From positions 1 through 48,016 of IMG/VR virus record IMGVR_UViG_3300033416_000010: 48,016 bases of DNA; one strand, 5' to 3'. The notes beneath the pieces are model-generated. The model searched no databases. It saw only the letters and a list, made by a program, of their open reading frames with translations, and was not told where the DNA came from. The translations under genes and the position numbers were made by a program. Below, piece after piece: positions 8,309-17,205 of the stretch. Source of the DNA: a virus (lineage: Duplodnaviria; Caudoviricetes). How positions within the stretch are numbered: the stretch's first letter is position 1; every line of letters starts with the position of its first letter.

Positions 8309-9357
8309 ATCACACCAAATTCCTTGAGTACTCCGCAGAGCATCCGGTTGGAATTCTCCCAGGAAAGATGCGCCACAGCCTGAGATGCCATGACGCCCTT
8401 CTCCTCGGCCTCGGCCCTATGCTCATAGACGTACCGCATTCTGTCAATCAACGAATCCTCATTCGGAACGGCCCACAAGCCACAGCCTTCATAAAGATTC
8501 TTGCTGCATTCCAGTTTGAACTCTATTGGATACCCGACACGATCGTTGAAGAATGCGGCCACTCCTCCGAACTCCACTGAGATCACGGGGCGACCGCAAG
8601 ACATGGCTTGCTGCTGCATCAGGCCCCATCCCTCTCCGGTAGCCGCGGAAACAAAGCAGGTCAGGCTGACATAGAATTCCCGCATCTGATGTTCAGTCAG
8701 CATGGCCTGAAGAATGTCCACCCTGGGATCCTCTGGTTTTTCAACCTTACAATCAGGGAACGCTTTCACCCGCAACTGAACATCTTGCTCGTCCGGGAAT
8801 GCCTTGAGGAAAGCTCGGATCACTTCATTGATTCCCTTCCGAACTCCGCCATGCGCCATGCGGCCTCCGGTTCCAAACACACAGTTCGACTTGGCTCCGT
8901 CCGCATGGATGATTGATACCGGCGTGGCGTAGTTGAAAATCTCGGTTTTGATCCCGAGAGGTACCACCCGTATGGGGACCGTGACTCCGGACGCCGAGAA
9001 ACAGGAGGCATTCCAAAGCGTGGGGCAGATCACGCATTCGGCCATGTTCAAAACCCTGGGACCAATGGGAGGCAACTTGGTGGATTCCCACATTGTGAAA
9101 TAGATCGTTCGCTTTCCTGGTGTAGGGAAGAACATGGGTGGATCCAGAAGCAGCTCAAAATCCTCCGGCTGTACTCGATGAACCATCATGGCCCGGATGT
9201 CATCTGGGACCCTGACGCCAAACAGCTCGCTGATATTGATGGCCCGTATGGAAACGTGGGCGGGAATCAGGCGGGTGAGATCTCGCGCGATCTGGATTCC
9301 GTGCATTCCATAGCCACTGAATCCGTTGATTCTTGCGACTAGCGTGATGCGCTGCAT
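8305..9357 (-). CDS. GT-B (family 4-like) glycosyltransferase
   Basis: FSGYG, FTMWEST, RKG...AFLKAF, CFVSAATGEGWGLMQQQAMSCGRPVI and LSWE motifs. Confidence 0.88.
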   Translation of the reverse strand: MQRITLVARINGFSGYGMHGIQIARDLTRLIPAHVSIRAINISELFGVRVPDDIRAMMVHRVQPEDFELLLDPPMFFPTPGKRTIYFTMWESTKLPPIGPRVLNMAECVICPTLWNASCFSASGVTVPIRVVPLGIKTEIFNYATPVSIIHADGAKSNCVFGTGGRMAHGGVRKGINEVIRAFLKAFPDEQDVQLRVKAFPDCKVEKPEDPRVDILQAMLTEHQMREFYVSLTCFVSAATGEGWGLMQQQAMSCGRPVISVEFGGVAAFFNDRVGYPIEFKLECSKNLYEGCGLWAVPNEDSLIDRMRYVYEHRAEAEEKGVMASQAVAHLSWENSNRMLCGVLKEFGVI

Positions 9358-9378
9358 CGAGGACTCACTCTCGGCGCA

Positions 9379-11133
9379 TCAAACCTCCATGTCAATCTTT
9401 GGCTCGTACGGATCTGCGGACTGGGCTGGAATTGGAACGGTCAGACAATCGCAATAGCTGTACTGGTCGTACGAATATCCGAATATGCCGGTGCATCCAC
9501 TCACTGGAAGCGCCACCGGATTCTCGTCGTCAAAATCATCATAGAACAACGTCACGTCAGTTCCAGAATTCCTCAACTTGACTACGTCGAGCAGGATTCC
9601 AAAACTCTGGTCTGCGGGGTAAGCGGTTGGATATGTGATCAGGCTGATCCGAATGGATACATGGCCATCAGCCGCGGGTGTGAAGCTGTAGATGTACTGT
9701 GTGAAGTCCTGAACCCAGTCGTCCAGGGTCTCGGTCTCGTTGACGAGTTCCGTGGCGCTGTCTTCGTCCACGACCAGGATGTTGACTTCGTAGCCGGCTA
9801 CATTCGCCCGCTGATTTCCAGCCAGGAACAACGACAGTTCGTAAGTTTCACCCAGAGTGACAGCGAACGTGGCCTTCGTCTTGATTGATGCGTTGTAGAC
9901 TCCGGCGATGGCGCCGTTCAATGGACCCGGAGAGCTTCCGGCCAGATCCACGTACATCCCGTTTCCGGGAAGCAGATCGAATTGCTCGTGCGGTGGGTCT
10001 CCTCCGATGAGGTCCACTGTTCCAATCGCGCCGCTGGTTACGTGCGGAACCACATCCCAGTTCACGAATCCAGTGTAGTTCAGCTTTGCCTGAGGGACAG
10101 TGACGCCGCCCGGAGGCGCGCAGTTGGCCGCGCAGTAATAGCCCTTGGTTCCCCGCAGCCAGGTGAAGGCGTCATTCTGGGTGTCCTTGTACCCGTTGAT
10201 GAAGAACCCTCCGGAGGCCATCTGCTGGAGCAGGTCGTACCCGTCGCCCCAAGCACGGACTCCGGCCACCACCATGACTCCGCCAGACGACTTGAAGTCC
10301 TCGGCAGCCGTCAGGGGATCATGGCCCACCTTGTCCTCCCCGTCGGTGATCAACAGGATGACCCTTCGTGTAATGGTTGCGTCCTCATCGAAGTATGCCG
10401 CGGCATCCCGGATGGCGTCTTCTATGTCTGTGGTGTTCAGAGTTTGAGGAATGGAGTTGACCGCCTGTTTCGCGGTTTCCTTCACTTGCGTCCACGCGCA
10501 ATCTAACTTGGATCCGTCGCTGAATTCAAAGATGGCCACCTTGTCCTTCAGGAAGTTAACATGGATGGCAAACTCCCTGGCCAGGGCCTTGGCGTAGGTC
10601 AGCTTTGTTCCGTAGGATCCTCCGCCGCCAGGAGTGGGAGAGTAGAGCGGATCGAACCCAGTGGACATGGACCTGGAATTGTCCACCAGGATGGCAATCC
10701 CCACCACCACGTCATCGCAGCATTCGTCGCCCATGACGGTGATCTGGGAATTGGCTGTGAGCGTCTGCCAGGTGGCGCGGATGGAGCAGATTCCCTCTCC
10801 AATTCCAGTGGCCTTTCCACCCTTCGCTCCAATGATGGCTATGCTCGGATCGGATGACTCGAAGTATGCCCCCAGCGTCACTTCAGTCTCCACTCCATTT
10901 GCATAGACGAACGCCTGGAACTGGGTGGAGCGGAGCTGGCACACGGAAACACTCTCCGGTTTAATCACCAATTTTGGGAATTCTTCGCATTCGTCTGGGT
11001 GCGCAGCCCGGTAGGCTGGATCGGCGCAGAGCGGATTGATCTCCTGAGTTGGAGTTTCCACCGGAGGCGGCGCTACCTGGCCTGGCTCAAGATCCACGCC
11101 GCACAGATCCATCTTGTCGAGAGGCAGGCTCAT
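9379..11133 (-). CDS. Virion accessory protein: Ig-like domain + vWA domain + probable jelly-roll/carbohydrate-binding domain
   Basis: FESSDPSIAII...ATGIGEGICSIRATW (Ig-like); ILVDNSRSM, TTDI and LLITDGED (MIDAS); VDLIG...MYVDLAGS...YELSLFLAGNQR (jelly-roll-like). Confidence 0.75.
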   Translation of the reverse strand: MSLPLDKMDLCGVDLEPGQVAPPPVETPTQEINPLCADPAYRAAHPDECEEFPKLVIKPESVSVCQLRSTQFQAFVYANGVETEVTLGAYFESSDPSIAIIGAKGGKATGIGEGICSIRATWQTLTANSQITVMGDECCDDVVVGIAILVDNSRSMSTGFDPLYSPTPGGGGSYGTKLTYAKALAREFAIHVNFLKDKVAIFEFSDGSKLDCAWTQVKETAKQAVNSIPQTLNTTDIEDAIRDAAAYFDEDATITRRVILLITDGEDKVGHDPLTAAEDFKSSGGVMVVAGVRAWGDGYDLLQQMASGGFFINGYKDTQNDAFTWLRGTKGYYCAANCAPPGGVTVPQAKLNYTGFVNWDVVPHVTSGAIGTVDLIGGDPPHEQFDLLPGNGMYVDLAGSSPGPLNGAIAGVYNASIKTKATFAVTLGETYELSLFLAGNQRANVAGYEVNILVVDEDSATELVNETETLDDWVQDFTQYIYSFTPAADGHVSIRISLITYPTAYPADQSFGILLDVVKLRNSGTDVTLFYDDFDDENPVALPVSGCTGIFGYSYDQYSYCDCLTVPIPAQSADPYEPKIDMEV

Positions 11134-12725
11134 GGGAAATCAATGGTCGCTCCGGCAACCTTGGTGTAGGTCACGTCATCGATGATCGTTCCGATGGAGT
11201 TGATGAATTGCAGGCGCAGAGCACTGGCATCGGCAATCATCTTGATGGCTCCCCAGTCATCCAGGTATTGCAGATGCACAGTCACACCTACGCCGGGGGC
11301 CACGAATGCCACATCCTTGATCGCTCCTCCCAACCCATTTACGATGTAGGGGAATCCGGCCACTTCCAACCGCTCGTAGGTGTGACTGTGCCCGCTGAGC
11401 ATTAGATCGGCGCCCCACGTATCGTATGGCCATCGCAAAGCAGCAACTCCAGGATTGTGAGATCCATTCGTGTAGGGAGGGTAGTGTCCAACTACGATCT
11501 TCCAAGGGGCCGTGGAATTCGCCAGCATCACGCGCAGCCACTCAGCCTGGATGGATGTTTGAGTGTATCCATCGGGTTCGTAGGCCACCGTGTTCAGGAT
11601 GAAAAACTGGATGGATCCGTAGCGAACGGTGTAGTAGCGCCCATTGTTTGGAAGCGTGAACATGGCCGCCCAATCAACCAGGGTAGCGGCGCCATTGTCG
11701 TAGTCGTGATTTCCGATGGACGGCCAGAGCTTGTTGGCCACCATGTCGTCCGACATCAGACCCTCGTAGTAGTCCAGTATGCTGACCGCGAATGGAGATG
11801 TCTCCGTGTACCGATTGTCTCCGGTCGTGATGACAGCCTTGGGATTCCAGCTTTCCACCAGCGCCGCCACTTCGTCCTGGCCTCCTGGAGCTGGAGCGTA
11901 GCCGTAGTCCCCAATGATGGCGATGGGCGTTTCGGCTGCGGCATCTGGAACTTCTTCGGATTCCAATTCGGTCAGGGTTGGCAGGCGTTCCTCATCGCAC
12001 ACTTCATTCTCACGCTCCTTGATTCGCTGCTCGCACCAGTACATCAGGTCCGCGCGGCGCTCGCGATACTCGTCCAGGGAAATCTTCGCCTGGAGCACAT
12101 CCTCCGAATGATTCTGCTTGTGCTGCCAGCGAACGAACGATTTGACCGCGGCCTCCACTTCCCGGGTCCAGTAGTCCTGGTCCAGAAGATCGGCGTCGTT
12201 CCAATCCAACTTGTAGCCGTCCCATTCGATGATCACGGATTCGTTGGACTGGATCCAGGGCGCAATGTAGAGGCGCTTCCTGCGGATGGCGTAGTATCCG
12301 GTCCTCGATCGCCCACAATCGCTATCCGATTCCGAGGTGGGGGTCAGAATGCCCTGCTGGATCGGGGTGCCGGTGGGGCTGACCCAGTTCATCAGGAGTA
12401 TGTTGGCCAGGCATTCGACTCGGGTGAAGCTGGCCGATCTATAGAAAACCTTATTACACCAATCCGAATTCGCTATGGTGAAGATGCGCTTGATTATGCC
12501 CTGCGGAGCCGGAATCAGCGTCTTCGCGCATTCGACCATCGTGCAGTTGAATGGGAAAACGGACGTATGGTTGGCCTGGAGACATTCTACCCACTTCCCC
12601 AGATCGATCATTGCATCGTTAAAATATCCGTCATGGACTGGGCGGAGACTTTTCGGTTCCCCGGGGTACGGCCACAGTTCGGCCCTGAGTTTTCTCTTCC
12701 AATCGCTGTAGGCAATGGTGCTCAC
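11130..12725 (-). CDS. Putative head-tail adaptor-like domain fused to calcineurin-like (purple acid phosphatase-type) metallophosphoesterase
   Basis: C-half has IIGDYG, TTGDNRY, SIGNHDY, VGHYPPY and LSGHSHTYER. N-half (FNDAMIDL...GYYAIRRKRLYIAPW...VIIEWDG) and its position after the capsid gene resemble adaptors; this part is less certain. Confidence 0.75.
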   Translation of the reverse strand: MSTIAYSDWKRKLRAELWPYPGEPKSLRPVHDGYFNDAMIDLGKWVECLQANHTSVFPFNCTMVECAKTLIPAPQGIIKRIFTIANSDWCNKVFYRSASFTRVECLANILLMNWVSPTGTPIQQGILTPTSESDSDCGRSRTGYYAIRRKRLYIAPWIQSNESVIIEWDGYKLDWNDADLLDQDYWTREVEAAVKSFVRWQHKQNHSEDVLQAKISLDEYRERRADLMYWCEQRIKERENEVCDEERLPTLTELESEEVPDAAAETPIAIIGDYGYAPAPGGQDEVAALVESWNPKAVITTGDNRYTETSPFAVSILDYYEGLMSDDMVANKLWPSIGNHDYDNGAATLVDWAAMFTLPNNGRYYTVRYGSIQFFILNTVAYEPDGYTQTSIQAEWLRVMLANSTAPWKIVVGHYPPYTNGSHNPGVAALRWPYDTWGADLMLSGHSHTYERLEVAGFPYIVNGLGGAIKDVAFVAPGVGVTVHLQYLDDWGAIKMIADASALRLQFINSIGTIIDDVTYTKVAGATIDFP

Positions 12726-13147
12726 TGGGGTCGTGTGGCTGTCGGGCGGTCCAGGTTCACCACCCCGGGCCTTGGTGCATTGGGCTCAGCCGCCGCAGCA
12801 AGAGCGACCTGTCCGAACATGTCCGTGGCCTGGGGAGGAAACTGCGGAGGATCCACCACTGGAAGATTGTTGCGCGTGAGCCCGACTCCGAATCTGAGTT
12901 CCTCCCGAAAGGGCGCTGGCGAGGGCTTCGCGTTTTTTTTTAGATCTTCGTAGGTTGACTGATCGATCTCCTGTAGACCGCCGCGGCGCTCCCGTAACAT
13001 GCTGTCGATTTCGGAATGGATGAATGGATCCTCGGTTTTGTAGATCCCCGCTTCGTCTCCAATGTCGCTCAACTGAATGTACGAGCCGTTGCTGAGGAAC
13101 AGTTTTTGCCTTGGGTAGACGCCTCGAAAATATCTCGTGGTTGCCAT
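12722..13147 (-). CDS. Hypothetical protein downstream of capsid
   Basis: 141 aa, operon orientation, 4-nt overlap with the next gene. Confidence 0.7.
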   Translation of the reverse strand: MATTRYFRGVYPRQKLFLSNGSYIQLSDIGDEAGIYKTEDPFIHSEIDSMLRERRGGLQEIDQSTYEDLKKNAKPSPAPFREELRFGVGLTRNNLPVVDPPQFPPQATDMFGQVALAAAAEPNAPRPGVVNLDRPTATRPQ

Positions 13148-13375
13148 ACTGGCTCTAAGGTATCATCGTCGCGATTCACTGGACACCAAAACTTTTGGGA
13201 GGGGCTGGCCACAACCACGCATCCAACCCCTCCCCAGACACCCTCGCCTAGTGACTGAGCGCGCGAGAGAATTAGTGAGTGACTGTCAGCCTGGGCGTTG
13301 CGTCCGATCGCTGAGCCCAGGCCGGTTTGTCTAAGAACTTTTTCATTCTGAAGTGCCTGAATATCAAGCACTTGC

Positions 13376-15208
13376 TCAGTAAAGGTCTAGGTACGATGGC
13401 GTCGTCCTTCCAGTCGTGACTGGATTGGTCAACTGGATGTTCTCCACCCAGGCGCTAGCGAACGGACATTCCACAACGACCGTGCCTTCCTCGGAAGTGA
13501 GCGTCTGCTCCTGGCTGACCGTCTCCATCACACACCGGTAGGTCGGATCGTATTTGGCCAGCTCCTCGATCTTGGCGGTGGTGTAGCTCTTGCGATTGGC
13601 TGCGATCTGAGCCCAATAGATGGACCCGCCTCCAGGACCCGGCTTACCGATGTCCAGGCAGACCATGACGTTGCCGCCCGCTTCCTGGTTGATGTTGCGC
13701 CACTGATCCAGGAGGTCGTCGAAATACACGTCCTCCAGAATGTTGATGTTGACGCCGCCGGGCCGATGCACCTTGTAGGAGTCGTACACCTGGCCGAGGT
13801 CATTCAACTTGTTAGTGTGGTCCACCGCCACGAACGGTCCGGCTCCAGCGAGGCCGCCATACCGACTGGTCAGGTATGCCACGTATGCAACCTGAGCGAG
13901 GGCACGCATTTCGCTGTTGGTGTACCAGTCGATGTCGGTAACGGATCTGCCGAGCATCGTCTCCCTGGCCCGTTTGATGGCGTAGTTGAGATCGAGCCAC
14001 TCGAACCAGTTGATCGGGTTGCCCAGAAGATCCCAGAGCTGACCGCAATCCCGCAACTGCTGTCGGACTCCGACGAAATTGGCCCGGTAAGCCATGACGC
14101 CGCCGGCAGCAACCAGCACAGCCGATGTGGGGCCGGGGATGTTCGTGCCGACATTGTGGATCGCGTCCAATGACTGATACAGGTCCAGTGTCTGGTTGGA
14201 TGAGATCGGCTTGTTGTAGAAGAAGGCGTTGACGAATCGCTTCTGGGCCTCCAGCTCATCCTGGCGATTGCGTTCCGCCAGAGGAAGATCGCCGAACTCC
14301 CGGAAGGCTTCGTTGGATTCATTCAACCGGGCGAAGACCTCACGGTACTGCGAGTCGATGCAGCGGGCCTGGCGCATGGTCTGGCGCCAGAATGGAACCA
14401 TCTTCCGCGGATCGATGGTGGGCCGGTTGTAGCACCACTTCTCGTAGTCGTTGACGTTGTTGACGCCCGGGATGATGTAGCAGGGATTCAATGCTCCTGG
14501 AGTTGCGTCGTATGGACCGGAAGAACCCGTGTTGAGACTTTCGATGGTGGCGTAGCAGTACGTTCCGGTCGGATTGGTGACGGAATCGATGACCCTCCAG
14601 GCGCCATGCTGGAAGACTCCGTTGGCCGTGTTGAAGATGTGAATGACATCCATCGGCCTGAAGAATCCGGCATTCACGGGAACGCTGTACCGGCTCTCAA
14701 TCCGAACACCCCGGGTTCCGGTATAGGTCACGCCGCCTTGGTGATAGGTCTTGGTCAGCACGCCGGCTCCATCGGCAGCGGCAGCGATGATCGCGTTGTC
14801 CGCCGTGTATCCAGCCGTAATCTTCCAGTGATCACGGTTCACGATGGAGACCTGCCGGGCCAGGATGAACGGGTGCAGGATGCCGGGACCCTTGACCGCC
14901 TTGATCCCAGGGAACAGTGCGGCCCGGAAGTTCCTCCGGTCGGCGTTGGCCATGATCCAATCGTAGAGGGCGTACCGCTGCGTGCCGCACGCCTTCATTT
15001 CGATTGAGTGCTTGAACCAAGCGTCGAGGTCGGCGAAATAACCCCCGGGGTGAAAGATGGCGGCGAGCTGGGTTTTGGTCAGGTGGGCGATGGTGGCGCG
15101 AGTCACCGTGCCGCAGGTGTCGTAGTTGGAATCGATCACCGGGCTGCACTGCGCAGCAAATCGATCCGAAATTCCAAGTACCTTACCGACTACTGGAGTG
15201 TCAGCCAT
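13376..15208 (-). CDS. Probable major capsid protein
   Basis: 610 aa. Follows the scaffold-like gene in portal-scaffold-capsid order and has structured intergenic flanks. No motif-level proof of an HK97 fold. Confidence 0.65.
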   Translation of the reverse strand: MADTPVVGKVLGISDRFAAQCSPVIDSNYDTCGTVTRATIAHLTKTQLAAIFHPGGYFADLDAWFKHSIEMKACGTQRYALYDWIMANADRRNFRAALFPGIKAVKGPGILHPFILARQVSIVNRDHWKITAGYTADNAIIAAAADGAGVLTKTYHQGGVTYTGTRGVRIESRYSVPVNAGFFRPMDVIHIFNTANGVFQHGAWRVIDSVTNPTGTYCYATIESLNTGSSGPYDATPGALNPCYIIPGVNNVNDYEKWCYNRPTIDPRKMVPFWRQTMRQARCIDSQYREVFARLNESNEAFREFGDLPLAERNRQDELEAQKRFVNAFFYNKPISSNQTLDLYQSLDAIHNVGTNIPGPTSAVLVAAGGVMAYRANFVGVRQQLRDCGQLWDLLGNPINWFEWLDLNYAIKRARETMLGRSVTDIDWYTNSEMRALAQVAYVAYLTSRYGGLAGAGPFVAVDHTNKLNDLGQVYDSYKVHRPGGVNINILEDVYFDDLLDQWRNINQEAGGNVMVCLDIGKPGPGGGSIYWAQIAANRKSYTTAKIEELAKYDPTYRCVMETVSQEQTLTSEEGTVVVECPFASAWVENIQLTNPVTTGRTTPSYLDLY

Positions 15209-15266
15209 AAAATCTCACGTTCTACAGGCCGGCTTACGGGGCCGGTCTTAACGGAGATAACATGGC

Positions 15267-16871
15267 TCAACCGAACATCGCCCGCTGGATTTGTTGCCTC
15301 TGCTCATCCATGACGATCTTCCCGCTCTCCACAGGGTTTTGTTTATCCGACGGAGTGGCGGAAGATGGCGGTTTTGATTTGGCTGCGGCAACAGGTTTAG
15401 GTGACTCCTCAGCGTCGGATTTCTTCTCGGTGGCCGGAGTGGGTGATCCGCCTTTTTTCTTCATCCTTTTCTCGAACACACCGTTGATATATTCGATGCG
15501 TTTTCGAGCGCGAGCGGCCATATCAGCGACATAAGACCGGCGGATGTCCTCTCCAACCAGGATCCAATACCGGTCCCCCAGATTCTCCAGGGCCAGCCGT
15601 TTTTCGTCATTGCTTCTCCTGGATCGCATGATGGTTTCAGCCATGCGATTGTACTCCTCCGTGGTCACGAAAGTTTTTCCGTCCCGCGCGGTTTCCTCTG
15701 GGGGGAGCTTCTTGATCTGGGCTTCCAGATTGGAGGCATGCTGCAACAATTCTGCGTGCGGATAGAATACTTCTCCTGGACCATCTGGTCCGGCTAAGCG
15801 AACGGTCAACTGTGGGTTGGGCGGATATTTATCTCCCAATCGCACCATCTTATCCAGCTCCATGACGGCCACCTTGACCTTCTCTCCGTACTCGTTGAGC
15901 ACATCCAGCGCGGCAGGATCCTCTTCCTCCATCCTGGTCAACACGTCTGGAGTGATGATTTTCTTGCCATCCACCTCCATGTGTTTGGCCAGCTCAGGTG
16001 AAGCCTGATCTACGAATTCGATGGTGGCGACGGCAGCGGCCCGTGCAGCAAGAGGAGCGGCTGCGCGCAGGGCGTTTTCCTGCTCCATTTGCTGGATCTT
16101 GGGGGCTGCTTTTCTGACGGCGCGCTCCTCGGCCTCTCGGATGATGATTTCCCTCTCTGCCGTTTTGAAATCGCGCTCCCGGTATGCGGGTTCGTGCTTC
16201 TCATACCAATCGCGATGCTCATCGTCTTCTGGGTTGAAAACCTTACCTGGATTCGCGGATTGCCACTGTTGCGCATAGGCTTGTTCCTGCTTCCAGAATC
16301 GAGCGGTCTTCTCAGTGATCCCCTGGTACGACTGGGGATTCAATCGCTCCATTTCCCGGAGCACTCCAAGTGTATCCCGATCTTCGTCGGTCAGATCAAG
16401 CGTCTTTTCATCTTCAGTCGATGGCTGGGGCTTGATTTCCTCCACTGCCCGGCGCGCCCCGGCTTCCGCGGCCCGCTCCAGCACATCATCCGTGATTGGC
16501 TCAGCGAGTCGGCTCGTCTGTGGCTTTGCGGATTTTTTAGCCTTGGCTGCCGGCTTGGATTCCTTTGGAGGCTCGGGTTCTTCGGGCTCCTTTTCTCCTG
16601 ACGGAGCCGGTGGTGTTTCTGTGGGCGGAGTTTCCTCCGGTGGTTTTTCTGTTTTTTCTGGCTCAGGCGGGGGGGCAAGCGGCCTTGTGTCCACCTCCAG
16701 CTTTGGCCTTGGAATTCCACCGAAGAAAACAGAATGGAACTTGTCCCGGGCTTCGTCCAACTCCTCGGGAGTGGGGGCCTTTTCAGGTGGAGGAGGAGGT
16801 GAGGCTTCGGTGGTTGGCTTTTCTTCTTTCTCGGTTGGTTTGGTGTCTGTCTCTTTTGTTTTTGCGCTCAT
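15267..16871 (-). CDS. Probable capsid scaffolding protein
   Basis: Pro/Glu/Lys-rich low-complexity termini and charged helical core; lies between portal and capsid. Confidence 0.6.
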   Translation of the reverse strand: MSAKTKETDTKPTEKEEKPTTEASPPPPPEKAPTPEELDEARDKFHSVFFGGIPRPKLEVDTRPLAPPPEPEKTEKPPEETPPTETPPAPSGEKEPEEPEPPKESKPAAKAKKSAKPQTSRLAEPITDDVLERAAEAGARRAVEEIKPQPSTEDEKTLDLTDEDRDTLGVLREMERLNPQSYQGITEKTARFWKQEQAYAQQWQSANPGKVFNPEDDEHRDWYEKHEPAYRERDFKTAEREIIIREAEERAVRKAAPKIQQMEQENALRAAAPLAARAAAVATIEFVDQASPELAKHMEVDGKKIITPDVLTRMEEEDPAALDVLNEYGEKVKVAVMELDKMVRLGDKYPPNPQLTVRLAGPDGPGEVFYPHAELLQHASNLEAQIKKLPPEETARDGKTFVTTEEYNRMAETIMRSRRSNDEKRLALENLGDRYWILVGEDIRRSYVADMAARARKRIEYINGVFEKRMKKKGGSPTPATEKKSDAEESPKPVAAAKSKPPSSATPSDKQNPVESGKIVMDEQRQQIQRAMFG

Positions 16872-17137
16872 AGTGTTTTGACTTTTTGAAACAAGAACTT
16901 GCCGCTCAGCATGTCCTCGATCAGCATGCGAGCCTTGCGCAATTCGCAGACTTCCCGCTTGGCATCCTCAAGGTCCTGAAGTTCTGCCTCAAGAATTCCA
17001 TCTGCGAATTTGGCCAGTTGTTCAGATTCAAGAATATCGATCTGATGCAGGAATTCGGCGCATTCGGGACGATTCAGCCATTCGATGATGACGTTTCTTC
17101 GTTCCGTCGGCAGCGGTTCAAGGATTGGAGTGATCAT
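16868..17137 (-). CDS. Hypothetical small helical protein between portal and scaffold
   Basis: 89 aa, 4-nt overlap with the scaffold start. Confidence 0.7.
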   Translation of the reverse strand: MITPILEPLPTERRNVIIEWLNRPECAEFLHQIDILESEQLAKFADGILEAELQDLEDAKREVCELRKARMLIEDMLSGKFLFQKVKTL

Positions 17138-17205
17138 GGAAATTGCGGGGTGTCGGTCATGGCACCGCTACCTATCGTCCCAACCTGCATTTTGGTCAAG
17201 AACTA

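Noticed and set aside
11457-12953. 498-aa plus-strand ORF
   Set aside because: Antisense to the adaptor-phosphatase gene; no recognisable features.
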